Source of the DNA: Auanema rhodensis
Taxonomy: Eukaryota; Animalia; Nematoda
Direction of reading: 5' to 3'
Length of the DNA: 64,000 bases
Assembly (NCBI GenBank): GCA_964057225.1
Contig: OZ059894.1
Coordinates: 17,112,001-17,176,000 of the forward strand
Shown here: one piece after another, positions 1 through 13,800 of the stretch
Layout: each line of letters opens with the position of its first letter
Numbering within the stretch: position 1 is the stretch's first letter
Made by a program: the position numbers and the translations under genes
Notes under the pieces: model-generated
Told to the model about the DNA's origin: nothing
What the model saw: only the letters and a program-made list of their open reading frames with translations
Database searches by the model: none

Positions 1-3000
1 ATGATGATTAAATATTTGTCAAAACTACATTAATTTGTCTATATATTTAGTTGTTCTATATTTTATAATTAGTACTAAAATTTCTATTTCGTAATGATAT
101 GATATTTTGCTATTAAATCCACCAAATCATTAGTTTGAGTTTATAGACTGAAATGAACATCCTAGCTTTATCTTATGTTCCTTTTATATTTTATGGATGC
201 AGACAGTTTTTATGAGCATCGTATCAGTTAAATAAGCATAAACATTTAAAAATATGTCATGAGCAATTGAAATTCAATTGTCTTGGATGACAGCAATTTT
301 TCTATTAATATGTTACATATTCAACAATGGGGTTTGCTGAATAGGTATTAAATGATTTTCATATTTCTCATCTCCAACTTGATTGATAATTCGGTCTAGG
401 AGCTTTGCGTTCTCTCTAATATTCCCAGAATTTCCATATTGATTTTTTCAATAATAATCGTTGTCCGATAATCATATACGAGAATCATGTTGAATCTTGT
501 AATCGTCAGTATTGAACCAATGAATTCGTGATCGAACATACATGGATTACTTGGTCTTGGTTTTCTATTACTTCACCTTGTCTTCCCCTCTTAACTAACC
601 TTTCTTATGAATCATTACATGTATTTCTTTTTAAAATACAACTTGCAAGTGTTTCTGTAAGATAATAATAAGTTCTGAACAGGATTCTCATATATGTATT
701 CGAATAGACAGATGAGATGAAAGATTTAAATGTGGAATGTGTGAGAACTAGTAAAGATACTTATGTTTGTGTTCATCAACTAACACAGCTCGTTTGCTTA
801 CCTTTCGAATGTTGTCATTCATCCGAACCTCTCCTATCTTCACTATCACAACTGTTTTGATTTTCGCATCTTCTTCTTACTCTTCTTCTACTACTTCATC
901 AACGACCTCTTTTAGCTTCTACTTTACCGACAACCTATTTAAAGTATTTTTCTTGCCTTTGCTTTTCTTCTCATCGTTTTCTCTTTTTTTTCTATTTTAC
1001 GATGATTTTTATGTAGTTTGCATCTTGTAATTATCATCAGAACATAGTCTTTATTTCTCTGAAATCTGTATTTGTTTTTTTCTTGTCATTTATGCCAGAT
1101 GATGAACCATTACCATTCAGTCAAATTCTTTCGCATAACGGTCATCTGATATTCTATATTACAACTTTACTTTGTTCACAGCCTTTGTTCTAATTCACCT
1201 ACCGAAGTAAAAATTTTAGGAGCAAGCATTGAGAAAAAGAAGAAAGATGAGATTACGTAGAACGAGTTTATTTTCTTTTTCAAAATAATTTTGTAACTTG
1301 TGAGAGTTCATTTTCAAGTTTGCAATGATCTCATAATTCAAAGTTGCAGTTACTCTTTGCAAGAATAAAGCCATATCGTCTGATTTCATGAACACTCTTC
1401 ATATATGTCTCCACATTATGAACTCATTCTTATAGCTAAGTATCTCAGTAGCATTCAATTGTTCCCCAATCTCAAAACATCATTTGGTGCTCATTGTGCT
1501 TATATAGATATTTTGAAGATTCTTCTACACATCACATCACAAACAGAAATCACTCCATGTGTGAAAACTGAAACAACTACCATCACATGAAATCTTAATG
1601 ACATTCTGATGTTCATGATTTTCCTCGTTATTTCAAATGGAATAATGGGCAAACGAATTTATTTTGCATATCGTTTCCAGTACTAAGTATCGTAGTCATC
1701 TTCAATATAAATCTGATGTTAACTATTTTTCATTCATACTTTATGCCTATCTACATGCTACAATCTTTGGACATATGTAAAGTGCTTATTTAGATGTTCC
1801 ATGTATGGTGTAGTAGTTGCAGTAGTAGCAATAGCAGCAGCAGATTATGTATCCAACCATCTTCTACTATCTGGAGGTCATTCCAGAATGAGCATGGTCT
1901 CTCCGTTCAGCTATCTAATAGACCTTCATCCATATGCCAGTTCCATCTATGTGCACAGTCAGCTATAATTGGCTACCATTGAGACCCATCATTATATATT
2001 GAGAGACTGAAAGAGAGTGAACGGCTACGAGATCTTCAACTAACATAATCTCGTATACATGTATACATTAAGGAGTCATTCGTCTTACAGCTTTTCACAA
2101 GAGCATATCTGTTACTTGTATCCAACAGCAATCTCTTTAGTATTTTAACATTTTCTGGATTTTCCGCTTTGTGACACTATTCCTTTTCCATCTAAAATCT
2201 GAAAAATTCTATAACCTGTAGTAAGTTAAATGACATCTTTTAGTTCTTTTAAAATATATTTTTAAGAGTAGCGTAGAATATTCAGAAATTCATCGCAATT
2301 TTCACATTAAAATCAAATCTTCAGTTCTCTTTTTCGAATCGGCCTTACCTCTTTTTCTTTATTCACACAAAGCACATTAGTGAGATGAAATGATTGAGAT
2401 ATTAAGTAAAATACTTTCCTGATTACATCGAAAATCCTGACAATGATTCTCACGAGGCGAGGTCATTTACATTGTTATAACTGAGTTTTTAAATTTCTTT
2501 ATTATGTTGTCTGAGCTATCAGTAGTCATTCGTCAAAATCTCATTGAAAACTTGCGGAAATGAAATTCTTACCGATATCCTTCTCCTGAAGAGAAACAGG
2601 CAATGAATCAGTATAGCCCCAAGGCGATTTGAAGTGAGGTTAAAGCCACAATGACTGACAAACGATGAAGGATATGTTGTCGGAGCTCCTCCCTTTGAAC
2701 TAAGGACATACACCAATTCGTCTATTTATTCATCTTTGTCTTTCAGTTTCCTTTTCTCATTTTTCTTTTGAGTTCTTCTTGTTGTTTCTGTAAAGTTTAC
2801 GTTTTAAGTTTGATAAGCTGTCGGTCACCAATTCCTTCACCATATGGTAAGCGTATGATCAAGTTCAGGCTTTTGTCTCTTAAACCTACAACATTATATA
2901 TAAACTCTTAACTTGATTTGATTCTCCAATATCTAATGTACTTACCTATTTATTTCTATTTCAAAATTCTGATGAATCAATAATAGATAATCAATCATGA

Positions 3001-5186
3001 ACTTTTCACCGCCTTTTTGCACTCTGCCTTCACCATTTGTATAATCAAAATTCCATAAAAGAGTCATTAATAAGTTTTATTCTTAACGTGTGAATCAGCA
3101 TTCGGCTTAATGGCCGACATAGAAAGCTCAATAACAAAAAAAGCTGCATCAAGCTTCGATTATCTATATGTTTGATCTGATCAGTTATTGATTGAAATAT
3201 TTCTTTTGTTAAGCCGCAAGTCCATTATTCGCTATTATTCTCTTACTTATCTGTTTATCATATACATAGCTCCAGAATAGTGAAGAAGTTGTTGTATCTT
3301 TTGATTATTCACGAAGATTTTGTATTGCATGTAATATGATTTCATTTTCTTCTTTTTATTCTCGACCTTCATTCAGTCTGACACTTTGAACTCAACTATA
3401 ATACTGAAAACGAATCAGACCGTAGCAGTATTATTGCTTTATGAGCTTATGCGGGCACAGTTGTTCTTACGTATGAAACATGATCTCGTCATACGAAGTC
3501 CTTCAGATATTCTAACACATTCTATCTCTTATTCTTTCTTTCAGTTTTGTCAACTCGTATCCCTCTTTTACATCATTTTCATCGCCTGTCTTAGCATTGT
3601 TTCAATTATGAAAAGTGTCTCTTCACAATCTTTTCCCAGTTCATCCTTAAGGACAATTTGTTCTTTAATAATTTAACAACTCTTTTCTCATTTTGAAAAA
3701 CTTAAAACAATCATTTTTAACGCCAGGGAGCCAAGAAAACTTTTTTGTTCTTTATCTAAAATTCTAGAACAAAAAACCGGAGAAAGATAGTTTTTTGTCT
3801 CCGATTTCACATGCACTCATCCATTCTGCTCATCAGCAGTCATATCTTTATTCCCTTATTCCATACATACATGTGTTTGGATCTTGGCACTATATATCAT
3901 ATAGTTTCATCCAATTAGTTGTTGAGTCCTCATACACAGGCTGTCGACACGTGCCTAATCCTGTTCTAAAATCCTCATTATCTTGTCGATCGTATATGCA
4001 ATGTTTTCATTTGTCTGGTAATCGAACCTAATAAGAAGACTTAATGTTGATAATTTGATCCATACTGCCCTTAAATGAACATAGTTAATCATCTAACATT
4101 CCCATTGCATCTTCTTTGCGTAAGCAGGGAAGAAGAACCACGGAAGAATGGCCAAAGATAGACGGAAGGAAGAGAGCAAGAAAGAAGTTCACAATGAATG
4201 AGAGAGAAGAAAGTAAGAAACGGAGAGAGCACAGAAAATAAGGAAGCAACAGAGAGGGAGAGAGAAATAAAGAGCAAGTACAAAATTGGAAGAAAGGAGA
4301 AAACCCGGATGAACCCAGAACTCTATGCAGCACTTGGGTTGTTAGGGTCACTAGTTGATTGGCTGTCATTCTATTGCATTAAATTCAAAGAGTTGCAAAT
4401 CGATGGAGCCAGACACAAATGAAGACGTGCCTGGAGTTCCTACGAACCTTCGTAAGGAAACTAACGCGCACGCTGGAAGATTCCAACTCGTATTCCACGA
4501 CGTTGCGATCATATGGGTCAGTTTCAAAATGATGTTAGAGTCCATCTTATGCAGACGACATGGTCAAAGTAATTGCAACTATTTCAAATCCTCTAGAGAT
4601 CGAATATCTTAGCTTTGAACTTCTCTATCCAAGCTCATCATCATCATCATCATCATCCTAAAGTGTTCCGTTCCATGGACTATCATAGCAGAAACTTAAG
4701 TGGACTGAAGAAATTCTAACCGTTTTCCAGTTTTATCTAGTAGACTATGGCCATCTGGCCGATTTATCCTTTTCTCCCAATCTTTCATTATTTCTCATCC
4801 TCTGCTTAAGACTATAAGTAAAATTCCGGATATTTGAATATCTCGGCCTCCGTCTTTGATATTCATCTGTATCATTTCTTCTTTTCCTGTTATCTCCGAA
4901 TTTTCATTTCCGTTAAGCATTCGCCTTTTAGGCATTACTGTAATTTTGTATTTTATTTTAACTTGTCATTGAAACTTTGTTTGTACTTAATACTTGCTAT
5001 GTCCTCGTATTTCATTTCACCTTGCTTGCTGAACTAATATCTCTGTCATCTTAGCATTTTTTCATTTTCTTAATCGTTTTCGCTCATTACTTGTTTCTAT
5101 TTGTCCTTCACTTTTCTACAAAAAGTGAGATCTTTTACTTTCAGGTTCCATCCCTTACAGCACATCTTCTTGTGCTCTTTGGGTGA

Positions 5187-7828
5187 ATGGAACGGGGTTC
5201 GCCCCATCGGCAACCGTCGTCTCCTCTTCGAACGAACAATCGAGTAAGTTTAGAATATTCTCATTTTTTGCTAAATTTAAAAAAAATTCAAATCTTTGGA
5301 TACTGAATTTACCTAAAAACTCAATGACTAAATATATGAAGAAAAAACGACCGAACTAGAAAAGAAAAAAATTCTCTCAAGTTATTAGCATATGTTACGT
5401 GACTCACGTGAATTACTAAAAACGCTTCAAAAGTTATTATTTGCTGGTTTTTTTAGTTGATTGGTTGCTAAAATTAATGTATTTTATTTTCTAATATAAT
5501 TGTTATTAAATTTAAGCTACGACTATGCGCATATGTTTCACCAGATGATATTCTTAGTGGACGAGTTCAACTTACAACTCCATGCGCAGGCACAAATCAA
5601 CCTCAAATTCATATAGCCGGCAGTACGAAATCACATTCAAAATCAGCTTTTGAAAATGTCTTCAACACCGATAATAGCCAGGTTACTCCCGTCTTATTAT
5701 TGTTTTTGCAATTATTATTTTAGAATGAAGTATCAACAGCATTATTGCCTGAACTTCTACATACATTCTTTAATGGAAATGACTGTTCATTTCTATCGTT
5801 TGGCGGAAAATCGAAAGGTTAGCCAGATTATAGTTTATTTCGTTGTTTATTTGTTTATAAACCAACCCTCCCCCCATCCATAACTATAACCTACTCATTG
5901 GGTTAATGTATTAAAGGCACACCTTACAGTCTATACTTATGACGTCATTGATCACGAATTTGCGGTTTTGTTTTAACAATGGGATTAGCAAGGTTTAATA
6001 TATTCATGAGCAAGAAAGTGATTGACACTTGTTGCAGGCTATATATAATGCCCTTTAAGAAGGAAAAGGTAGAAAATAATAATAAAGAACCGCTTAAGTA
6101 GGAAACTCTTAGAATCCCTTAACTCCTAGTAAAGTTGACCCACGACTCATTGCTTGACAGGTCATGCCCGGATATGTATATGCGGCACACTTTCACAATC
6201 ACATCCACTTTATGTAAATGAAAGGATTGACGATGTCTTGAGGAATTTTTTCCCGTTTTCATCGGTACAATTCCGGGTGTGAATATGTAAATTATCTCTA
6301 GTTTTGTGCTATCATTACTGTACTACAGTTTTCTTATACTATTATAGTATATTATATTAACTGTTCATATGGTATAATTAAATACTGATGATATTACCAA
6401 TTGAATGGTTGAAAATGTGTGAAGAACCACCAAATATTTACTCGATTATAAGCTTGTAAGATGATGAAAGCTATGTGGTACAGTGTAGGTTAGAATAGAA
6501 GTGAGAGAATGATGACAATATTGAAAGACTGCCTAGTTCTTCAAATTTTACGATGACCGACGAGTCTCCAATTTCAAGAAAGGAGAAGTAGTAGGATGCG
6601 ACTATGCAGAACATAAATATTAGGTTTTGACTCGACAGCTTTCAAGCCTTTTTCACTTAGAGAAAGGACAAGTCCTGGGGGGAGAAATAAAGAATCTCCT
6701 GAGAATTAAAGAATTGTTTCCGCTTTTTCAATGTTTGTTATTTATTTTTGCCCCTAACATATAACAAGTTGTTGCAAATTAAATATTCCGCAATTTATAA
6801 AACTACGAGAGAAAGAGAAATCAATGAAAATATTTCAAAATTATCATATTAGTTTTTGAAATTGAACATATGTTATTTAGGGAAATCTGCTTTACTATAT
6901 GGCAATGGACCTGAATCTCCCGGTCTTATTCAAACTGCGGTGGAATCCGTATTCAATATGATTGAGGAATGCAGGTATTTTCAATTTTTCATATAAAAAT
7001 TACTTAATTGTACTAATCAAGTTTTATAATATTCATACTATAGGTCTAAACGAACTGATGTCCGGTTACAGCTTAGGCTATCCGCACTTCACTATTCCCA
7101 AAGGGAAAACACCTTAACCGATCTACTTAGCACCTTTAATCCAGGTTTGTGACAGATATTCTATTGTTATTGTTGAATAATTTAATCATTGGTTATAATT
7201 GCAATCTTATCATATTTATCTTAGATCCACGCCGACACCCCGTTCGTATAGCTGAAGATAGCCGTTATGGTACGCTGGATATTGAGAATGAAAGTTTAAT
7301 CAAAGTTGAATCTGCCGAACAAGCGCTATTTTATCTGAACAGTGTGATTGATCATCGATTAGTTGGTACGTTTTCTCAGAATACTTGATGTACAAACTTC
7401 ATAACACTCGGGAATGTGAACATATCATATTGGTTGAGAATATAATATTGACACTATAGAAACATGATTGATGATGTATATTTCTAGAAGATGAGGAGAC
7501 ATATCGCTCAAATCATCTATTTATCTTCTTCTCCTTGTATGGATATAAAACGAATGGCGCCGAGCTGGAAGGTATGTATGCCGATCATGATAGTAAACTT
7601 GTCATTCGAGCAATAACATCATTATGACGATCATCACAATCTAAAAGGAATTATATTATATCTACGCTTGCAGGTGGCCGACGTCGTTTTTGCTTAGCAG
7701 ATGTCGGAATTGGCGAACGTAATTCTCAAAAAGGCGAACTGACAATGCCCGTTATTGGAAGCATTCTTTTAGCATTATTTCAAGGACAAAAACATCTGCC
7801 TTCGAGGTATGTTATTAATTGATTGTAA

Positions 7829-7860
<32 letters not shown>

Positions 7861-10800
7861 TTATTTATTTATTTATTAAATCATAAGCATATTGCACTCT
7901 TCATGATTGTGCTTGAATTCCCGCATACCTTTTGAGATATTGTCAGACTCCTTGAGCTGGCTGATACAACACTTAACCATATTTGGCGAAACTGCCTTTC
8001 TTGTCCTCGATCATCCATCTTCTTTTATATTATTTTCATCTTTTATTTATTTCTATTCTTTCTTAATCATTTGCTCTCTTCCTTTCTTCCTCTCTACATG
8101 CTCTCAATATCTCTCAGCTCTTCTTATAATTGTTTCACACGCTCAAACAGCAGTCTTTACGACGTTTTACTGCCCAATTGCGTTATTTATCTTTGCGTTT
8201 TGAGCACACACGTGCCGTAGTCCGACCTCACGTATGATCATGCCGCCTGCCCGCCTACTTCTAGGTACTTCACGACCCCACCTTTCCAACCCACCCATGC
8301 TTGACCAACTAAGCCTTATACAGTTTATAATATATTCCTATGTGAGATCGATATAGGTGTTGTAGAATATTATTTGGGAATGGGGTGTTATCCTCATTCC
8401 GATTTCAAGCTCCGCCCATCTTCATTGCTCCAGACTGATCCGATTTCAGCTGACTGTAACAGGGACTCTGCCTCACAGTGGGAGATCCTTGTTCGCTTAG
8501 ACTAATTAGGATTGTATACCACTCTTGTACGCACAAATCATTGCCACAAGAGTACAGATTGCTGTCCCATTTCTAGTCTGACCTAGCTACATGATATCAA
8601 ATTCATTTCACAGTAATTATTCTTACGGCTAATTCTATTTCTATTTTACATTTCTTTTATATATTGCTTCCCAAAATTAATTTGACCTTCTGGTGCTGTT
8701 TCTTTTCGCCATCTTTTTTTGAAATACTGCTTACACGCTTAACACAATCTGACCTAGCTTATAATCTGTGTACACTTTGCTTCAATCGTCTAATTCATAT
8801 CTTATTTCCTCAGAGGAATACTTTTTTTTCGGCGTATTTACTTCTGATTTGTATTTTATTTGTTTTTCATCGTCGTAGCCTTTTGCTTATTTCATTTCAT
8901 CTCACACCTTCCTATCGGATCCTTCTTTTCTTTCTTTTCATCTCTTGCCTCGTTTGCATATTCTCACTTTCTCGCTCTTCTCATTTCGCGATCGTTCTTA
9001 TATTTTGCTTAATTTTATTTTTTATATTTCCGTATATCTTCGTTCCCAGCCATTCATCATCTAAATCGTTATTTTCTGAGTTTCTTCTCTTGGTTATGCC
9101 TCGAGTGCCGCATAGGTAGTACCCCTAAAGTAGATAAATCGTTCAAATGGCACATGTCTCATTTTCCTAATCCTTTTCGAAGTCTTTCTGCTTGCCGCTT
9201 TTCCATTTTCTCCTGTTTTTAAAGGGGGTTGAAGCTTTGCCACCCAAGCAGCTCTTTCACGCCATCTTTCTTGGGGATTCTTAAAACTTGAACTTTCACA
9301 CCTCTCGGTAACAGAAATAAAACATAAAACTCCCAACATGCTCATTAGTTACATATGATATGTGAACGCAATGTATGAACAGTGAGATATCTATATAATA
9401 TGGGATAACACAGCTGTTTTTTGCCCTACAATAGTACATATCTGAGTTTTTATCTTTTTTTATTTTAATAATAAAAGCATACATCATATAGTTATTATTG
9501 AGATGCACACGTTGTTTTAATGCTATCGCCTTCATAATGATTTGAGCAAAAGACAGTCCGGTTCTATTGCTAGCTCAAATGCCTGCTGCATTCGATCTTG
9601 TTCTTTGTTTGAACTCATCTTCACGGCAATTAATTGATTATTTTCGGATGAATTGATAAAATACAATATTCATTGTAATATACAACCTATAAGTCAGCTA
9701 TCAAAGAATTTGTTAACAGTCTGTTGTTTTGTCGGCTTGTTTTATTGTATGACAGATATAGCCAGCCGATTCACTATTAGGTGTTGTATCTGTTCTATTG
9801 GCTTTTTCCTTTGAATTGCTATGTTCTTTACCATTTCTATCGATACCCTTCATTTTTCTTACTGAATTCCATTTCTGGCGGCATTTCTCTTTCATCTTGT
9901 GCGCGGTAAGAAATTCATTAATCACAGAACTGACGAAAAGCATTAGGATTAATGATGTTTGCTTGGATCTGTATGTTTCAAATGGGTTTCACCTCAATTC
10001 TCACTATTTAATTCGTATACGATGTATTCTAATACTTATTCTTGAGTCACATACTTTGGTTACTACTGGCTAGTTCGTTAGTCAATTTATCTTTCTTATT
10101 CATTCTTGCCCGACTTCTTAGTCCCAGTTTCCGTAGCCTCGTCGCCACTTCGTTGTGTCGGCTTGTGTATAATCTGTCATCCGTGTACTCCCGGACAGAG
10201 GCTTGAATTGTGTCGTCCCTTGAGATCATTTAAATGAAATTCCTTTAGCAGGCTATGCTAAAGGCATCGTTTCCGGCTAAGGGTAGAAAATTCTGAACAA
10301 GTAGATGAAAAGATGATTACATAGTATGCTAGACATGATGTCTATGACGAGTGACGATAACACTTTCCGCCTGCGTTTAGGTTCTCGGGCATTCTTTCAT
10401 CCGGGCACATCTATACCTTTTGATACTTTGCGGCATTTGAATAGAAACTTAAACAGACTTTTGTTCATTTTGCTGTGGTTTCGGCAGCCTGAACTCACTT
10501 ATCCCGCCTGTTCAAACTTCTCACTTGTCAATTAATTATATATTCACAGTTCTTCAAGGTTGTGTTTTCTCGTTTCTGACGTTTCTCAAGTGAAGTCCGA
10601 TGAGATTATATTTATTAATTGCTATTACTTGCTTTGATGTATTCTTAGTTACTATATATAAGTTTACCAGCTTTAATTATTAAATTGGATATCATGCCTC
10701 CTGTTTTCTATATTGTTTCTTCTGATAATATATATTACATTTGAACAAGTATAACTTAGAAGTATACTTCATTACCAAAAGTCTCAATCATGCTATTAAT

Positions 10801-13800
10801 TAGGAAGTGACTTTCGATGAGAAGTTACATTGAATCTTCCGATTACCCTAGGCCATATATACTTTAGAACATCATCAAGTACTCACTCCTATTCATTAAT
10901 GTCTCTATACTTATCTATCTCATCTTCACTTAGGCTTTGAAACTGTAGATTTAATGAACAACTTTATTGATTTCGTTCACTTTGCCCTTGGTGTGAACAT
11001 GGTTAGACGATATGACCAATTAGTCTGTCCAAGTACTGCCATAAGGGTAACTCACCTCATTAAGCTTTTTTTCAGTGTCAACAACATTTCTTAACTTTCA
11101 AGGTCATTTATCTTTATATCCCATCTGAACATATTCTGATTAATTCTTACTCATCATCAATAATACATTTTTTTGCTATTTCTTTGAGTTTATTGAGTTA
11201 GGAACAGTTGTTAACAACGTCTTCTTCTATTCTGTCTTGAAGTTTAATGTTTAATTATATTATTTCAATTGAAATTGAGAAAGAATTGTGAGAAAATGAT
11301 GTTCAATGCTGTTAAGTTTGTTTTTTCTCTCAAGTTTTTTCTCAATGTTATACTAGTAATTGATCTGCGTACATACTTATTGAAATTCCTTCATCTCTTC
11401 TCAAATTGTTCTCACTTAAAATACTTTTAAATATTGATAATAAGTGTTAACAGATTCTTTTTTTTCAGAGAAAATACACTGTGTCAGCTTATTCGCTGTG
11501 GTCTATATTGTTCACGGTTATCAACATTACTGTGTAGTTTCGCTTCAAAAACGGACGACAACGAGAATATTCTACAACTGGCGTCTAAATTGGCTCGATT
11601 TCGACGAAATCGTATTCACGTGGCTAAGGTAAGCGAAGCTGTATAAGTGTGCTATTAGGAATAATGTGAAGAGTCGGCAAAAGGTTTTTGAATAAAAACT
11701 GGATGAAAGCTCAGTATTCAGCATATCTTTATGCTACTCTCTTGTTCTCGCCTTCCGTTAATCTAATTCTCATCTTACCGGCAGTTCATTATGCCGACGT
11801 ATACTGTCAAAGAATAGACTAATTTGAATAGCTTTTATGCATTGTTTTCTTTTCGTTTTCTCTGCTTTTAATTGGCTCAAGATCTTAACAAAATGAAAAG
11901 TATATATAAGTACCATATAAGGAAGAGGCAGAGCGAGAAGAAATGAAGTGGCTGTGCAAGCTTCTATTATGCTCGCCTAAAAGACCTGGCCCAACCTCTC
12001 ATGACTAAACCAGAGTTGCTTTCATCTTTCCGGTAGAAGCAAGCTATAAGAGAATTGGTGATTTTTGAATAATATCCTTCTCATATGTCTTAGGTTAATC
12101 TCACTAAATACCATCTGCCCCAAAATGATATTTTTCTTATAATATTAGCGTATACACCCCCGCATCCTCACTGTCCCTGGAAAATGATCGCATGCGACAG
12201 TTACTTTAGCTTGTTTTTCCTTAAAATAGATAAATCATTGATTTTTGAACATTTTGCACGATATTTTTTATGAAGTATTGTTATTATAACAACAAAAACA
12301 AACATCTATCATATTTTTCGACTTCTATCACTCATTTCTCTCGTACTTCTATCTTTTTGCATCAAAAAAGTGTCAGATAAAGCGGTCAACCATGATGTAC
12401 CCTTTCGGCTCGAGAACAGCAATTACTGGCTCTTCAGATTCGTGATGGACACTTCTCACTTGCTGGTCATCAAAATTTTCCCATTTTTGGCAATTCTTCT
12501 TCAATAAATCAGTCTTTCGACTCACAAATCATATATAATTTAATTTGACTTTTTTTTGCTTTTTTTGAGTTTATACAACTGATTGGTACTATTTCTCTCA
12601 AAATCATAAAAGCTGATAGTTTGGACATATTCATTCATCTTCATTTTCTTTTAAGTTATGCTTATTCGATATGCTTCACATATAATTAATCTCCAACATA
12701 TGTATAAACCTATAGCATTTCGATGTGTCTGTTCAAACTATTATATTATATAAACTATGTATACAATATTGCTTGTTTCAGCCAACAACCGACAATTGTT
12801 CCTCTGTATCCGGCAGCAAACGCTCAGAGCTTGAAAGCGGAAGCGAGATGAGTACAGTGGATACGGTCATTTATATGGGGCCATCATCTGGAACATCATC
12901 TGGACCTCGTACACTTCATCGCTCACCTAAAATTATTCCTCCACGTAGTCCCAGTCAGAGTTCAAAGGTATGTATTAACCTTATTCTATATATTAAAAAA
13001 ATTGTCATTGCTATGAATCAAATGTTGTTTCACAACTTGCCAACAGTATAAGGCTTGCCGATCAGGCGACATGTAATTAATCTAAAATCGTTTATATAAC
13101 CCTTTACGGTCATCTGGGCGTTTTGGCAAAAAAAAGAATCCCGTTTTCTTCGTGGGTTTATTCAATTTTCCTGATTGATAGAGAGATACCCTGTTTTACT
13201 CATCCATCAAGTTCACTTACCACTTCTGAGCGTCAATGTCTAACAATAGCAACCTTTTTATATTTCGGTACATGAGCTGAACAGGCGTTAATCGAAAAAT
13301 CTATAAACTTATTCTTTCTGATCTTTACATTGTTCTGATTGAGACAGAAAGAGTCTTATTTTATTCATAAAAGTGCGAGTTCAGTTCGTATAAGAAAAAA
13401 AAATGTTTTTTTTTTCTAAGATGTTCTCTTTAGTATTTGAACAACATCGACTATTATGAATACATTAATCATATACTTCCATTCCAAATATTTTTTTTTC
13501 TAATCTTAGGTGACTCAAACCTCTGACAGCTCAACTCGCACATGTTCAACATCTATTCCACCAATGTTACAGGTGTGACACTTTTATTAAACTATTTGAA
13601 TAATTTTTAAAATCTTTATTATGATGAAGATGTATCTTTTGTAGCAGAATAATTGATTTAATTTATTATTACTATTCAGGGACACACGCCATTCTTGTCG
13701 GCCACCTTGAGACTTTATAACGATTTATGTTCTCCTCCTAGTACGTCGTATGACGTCAGCACCGCTTTTGGAGGAAAATGCAATGAGGTATAGTAAATGC

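Noticed and set aside
1-5100. Short ORFs upstream of vab-8 (for example 767-1030, 4085-4369, 4355-4612)
   Set aside because: Low-complexity F/L/S/I-rich or purine-tract translations with no coherent splice chain or recognisable domain; more likely vab-8 regulatory DNA.
7890-7912. TATTGCACTCT, matching the 5' half of mir-235/miR-92
   Set aside because: No complementary 5' arm (upstream is TA/TTTA microsatellite) and the 3' half does not match.
10221-10242. TGAGATCATT bantam-like seed
   Set aside because: No pairing arm upstream, so no hairpin.
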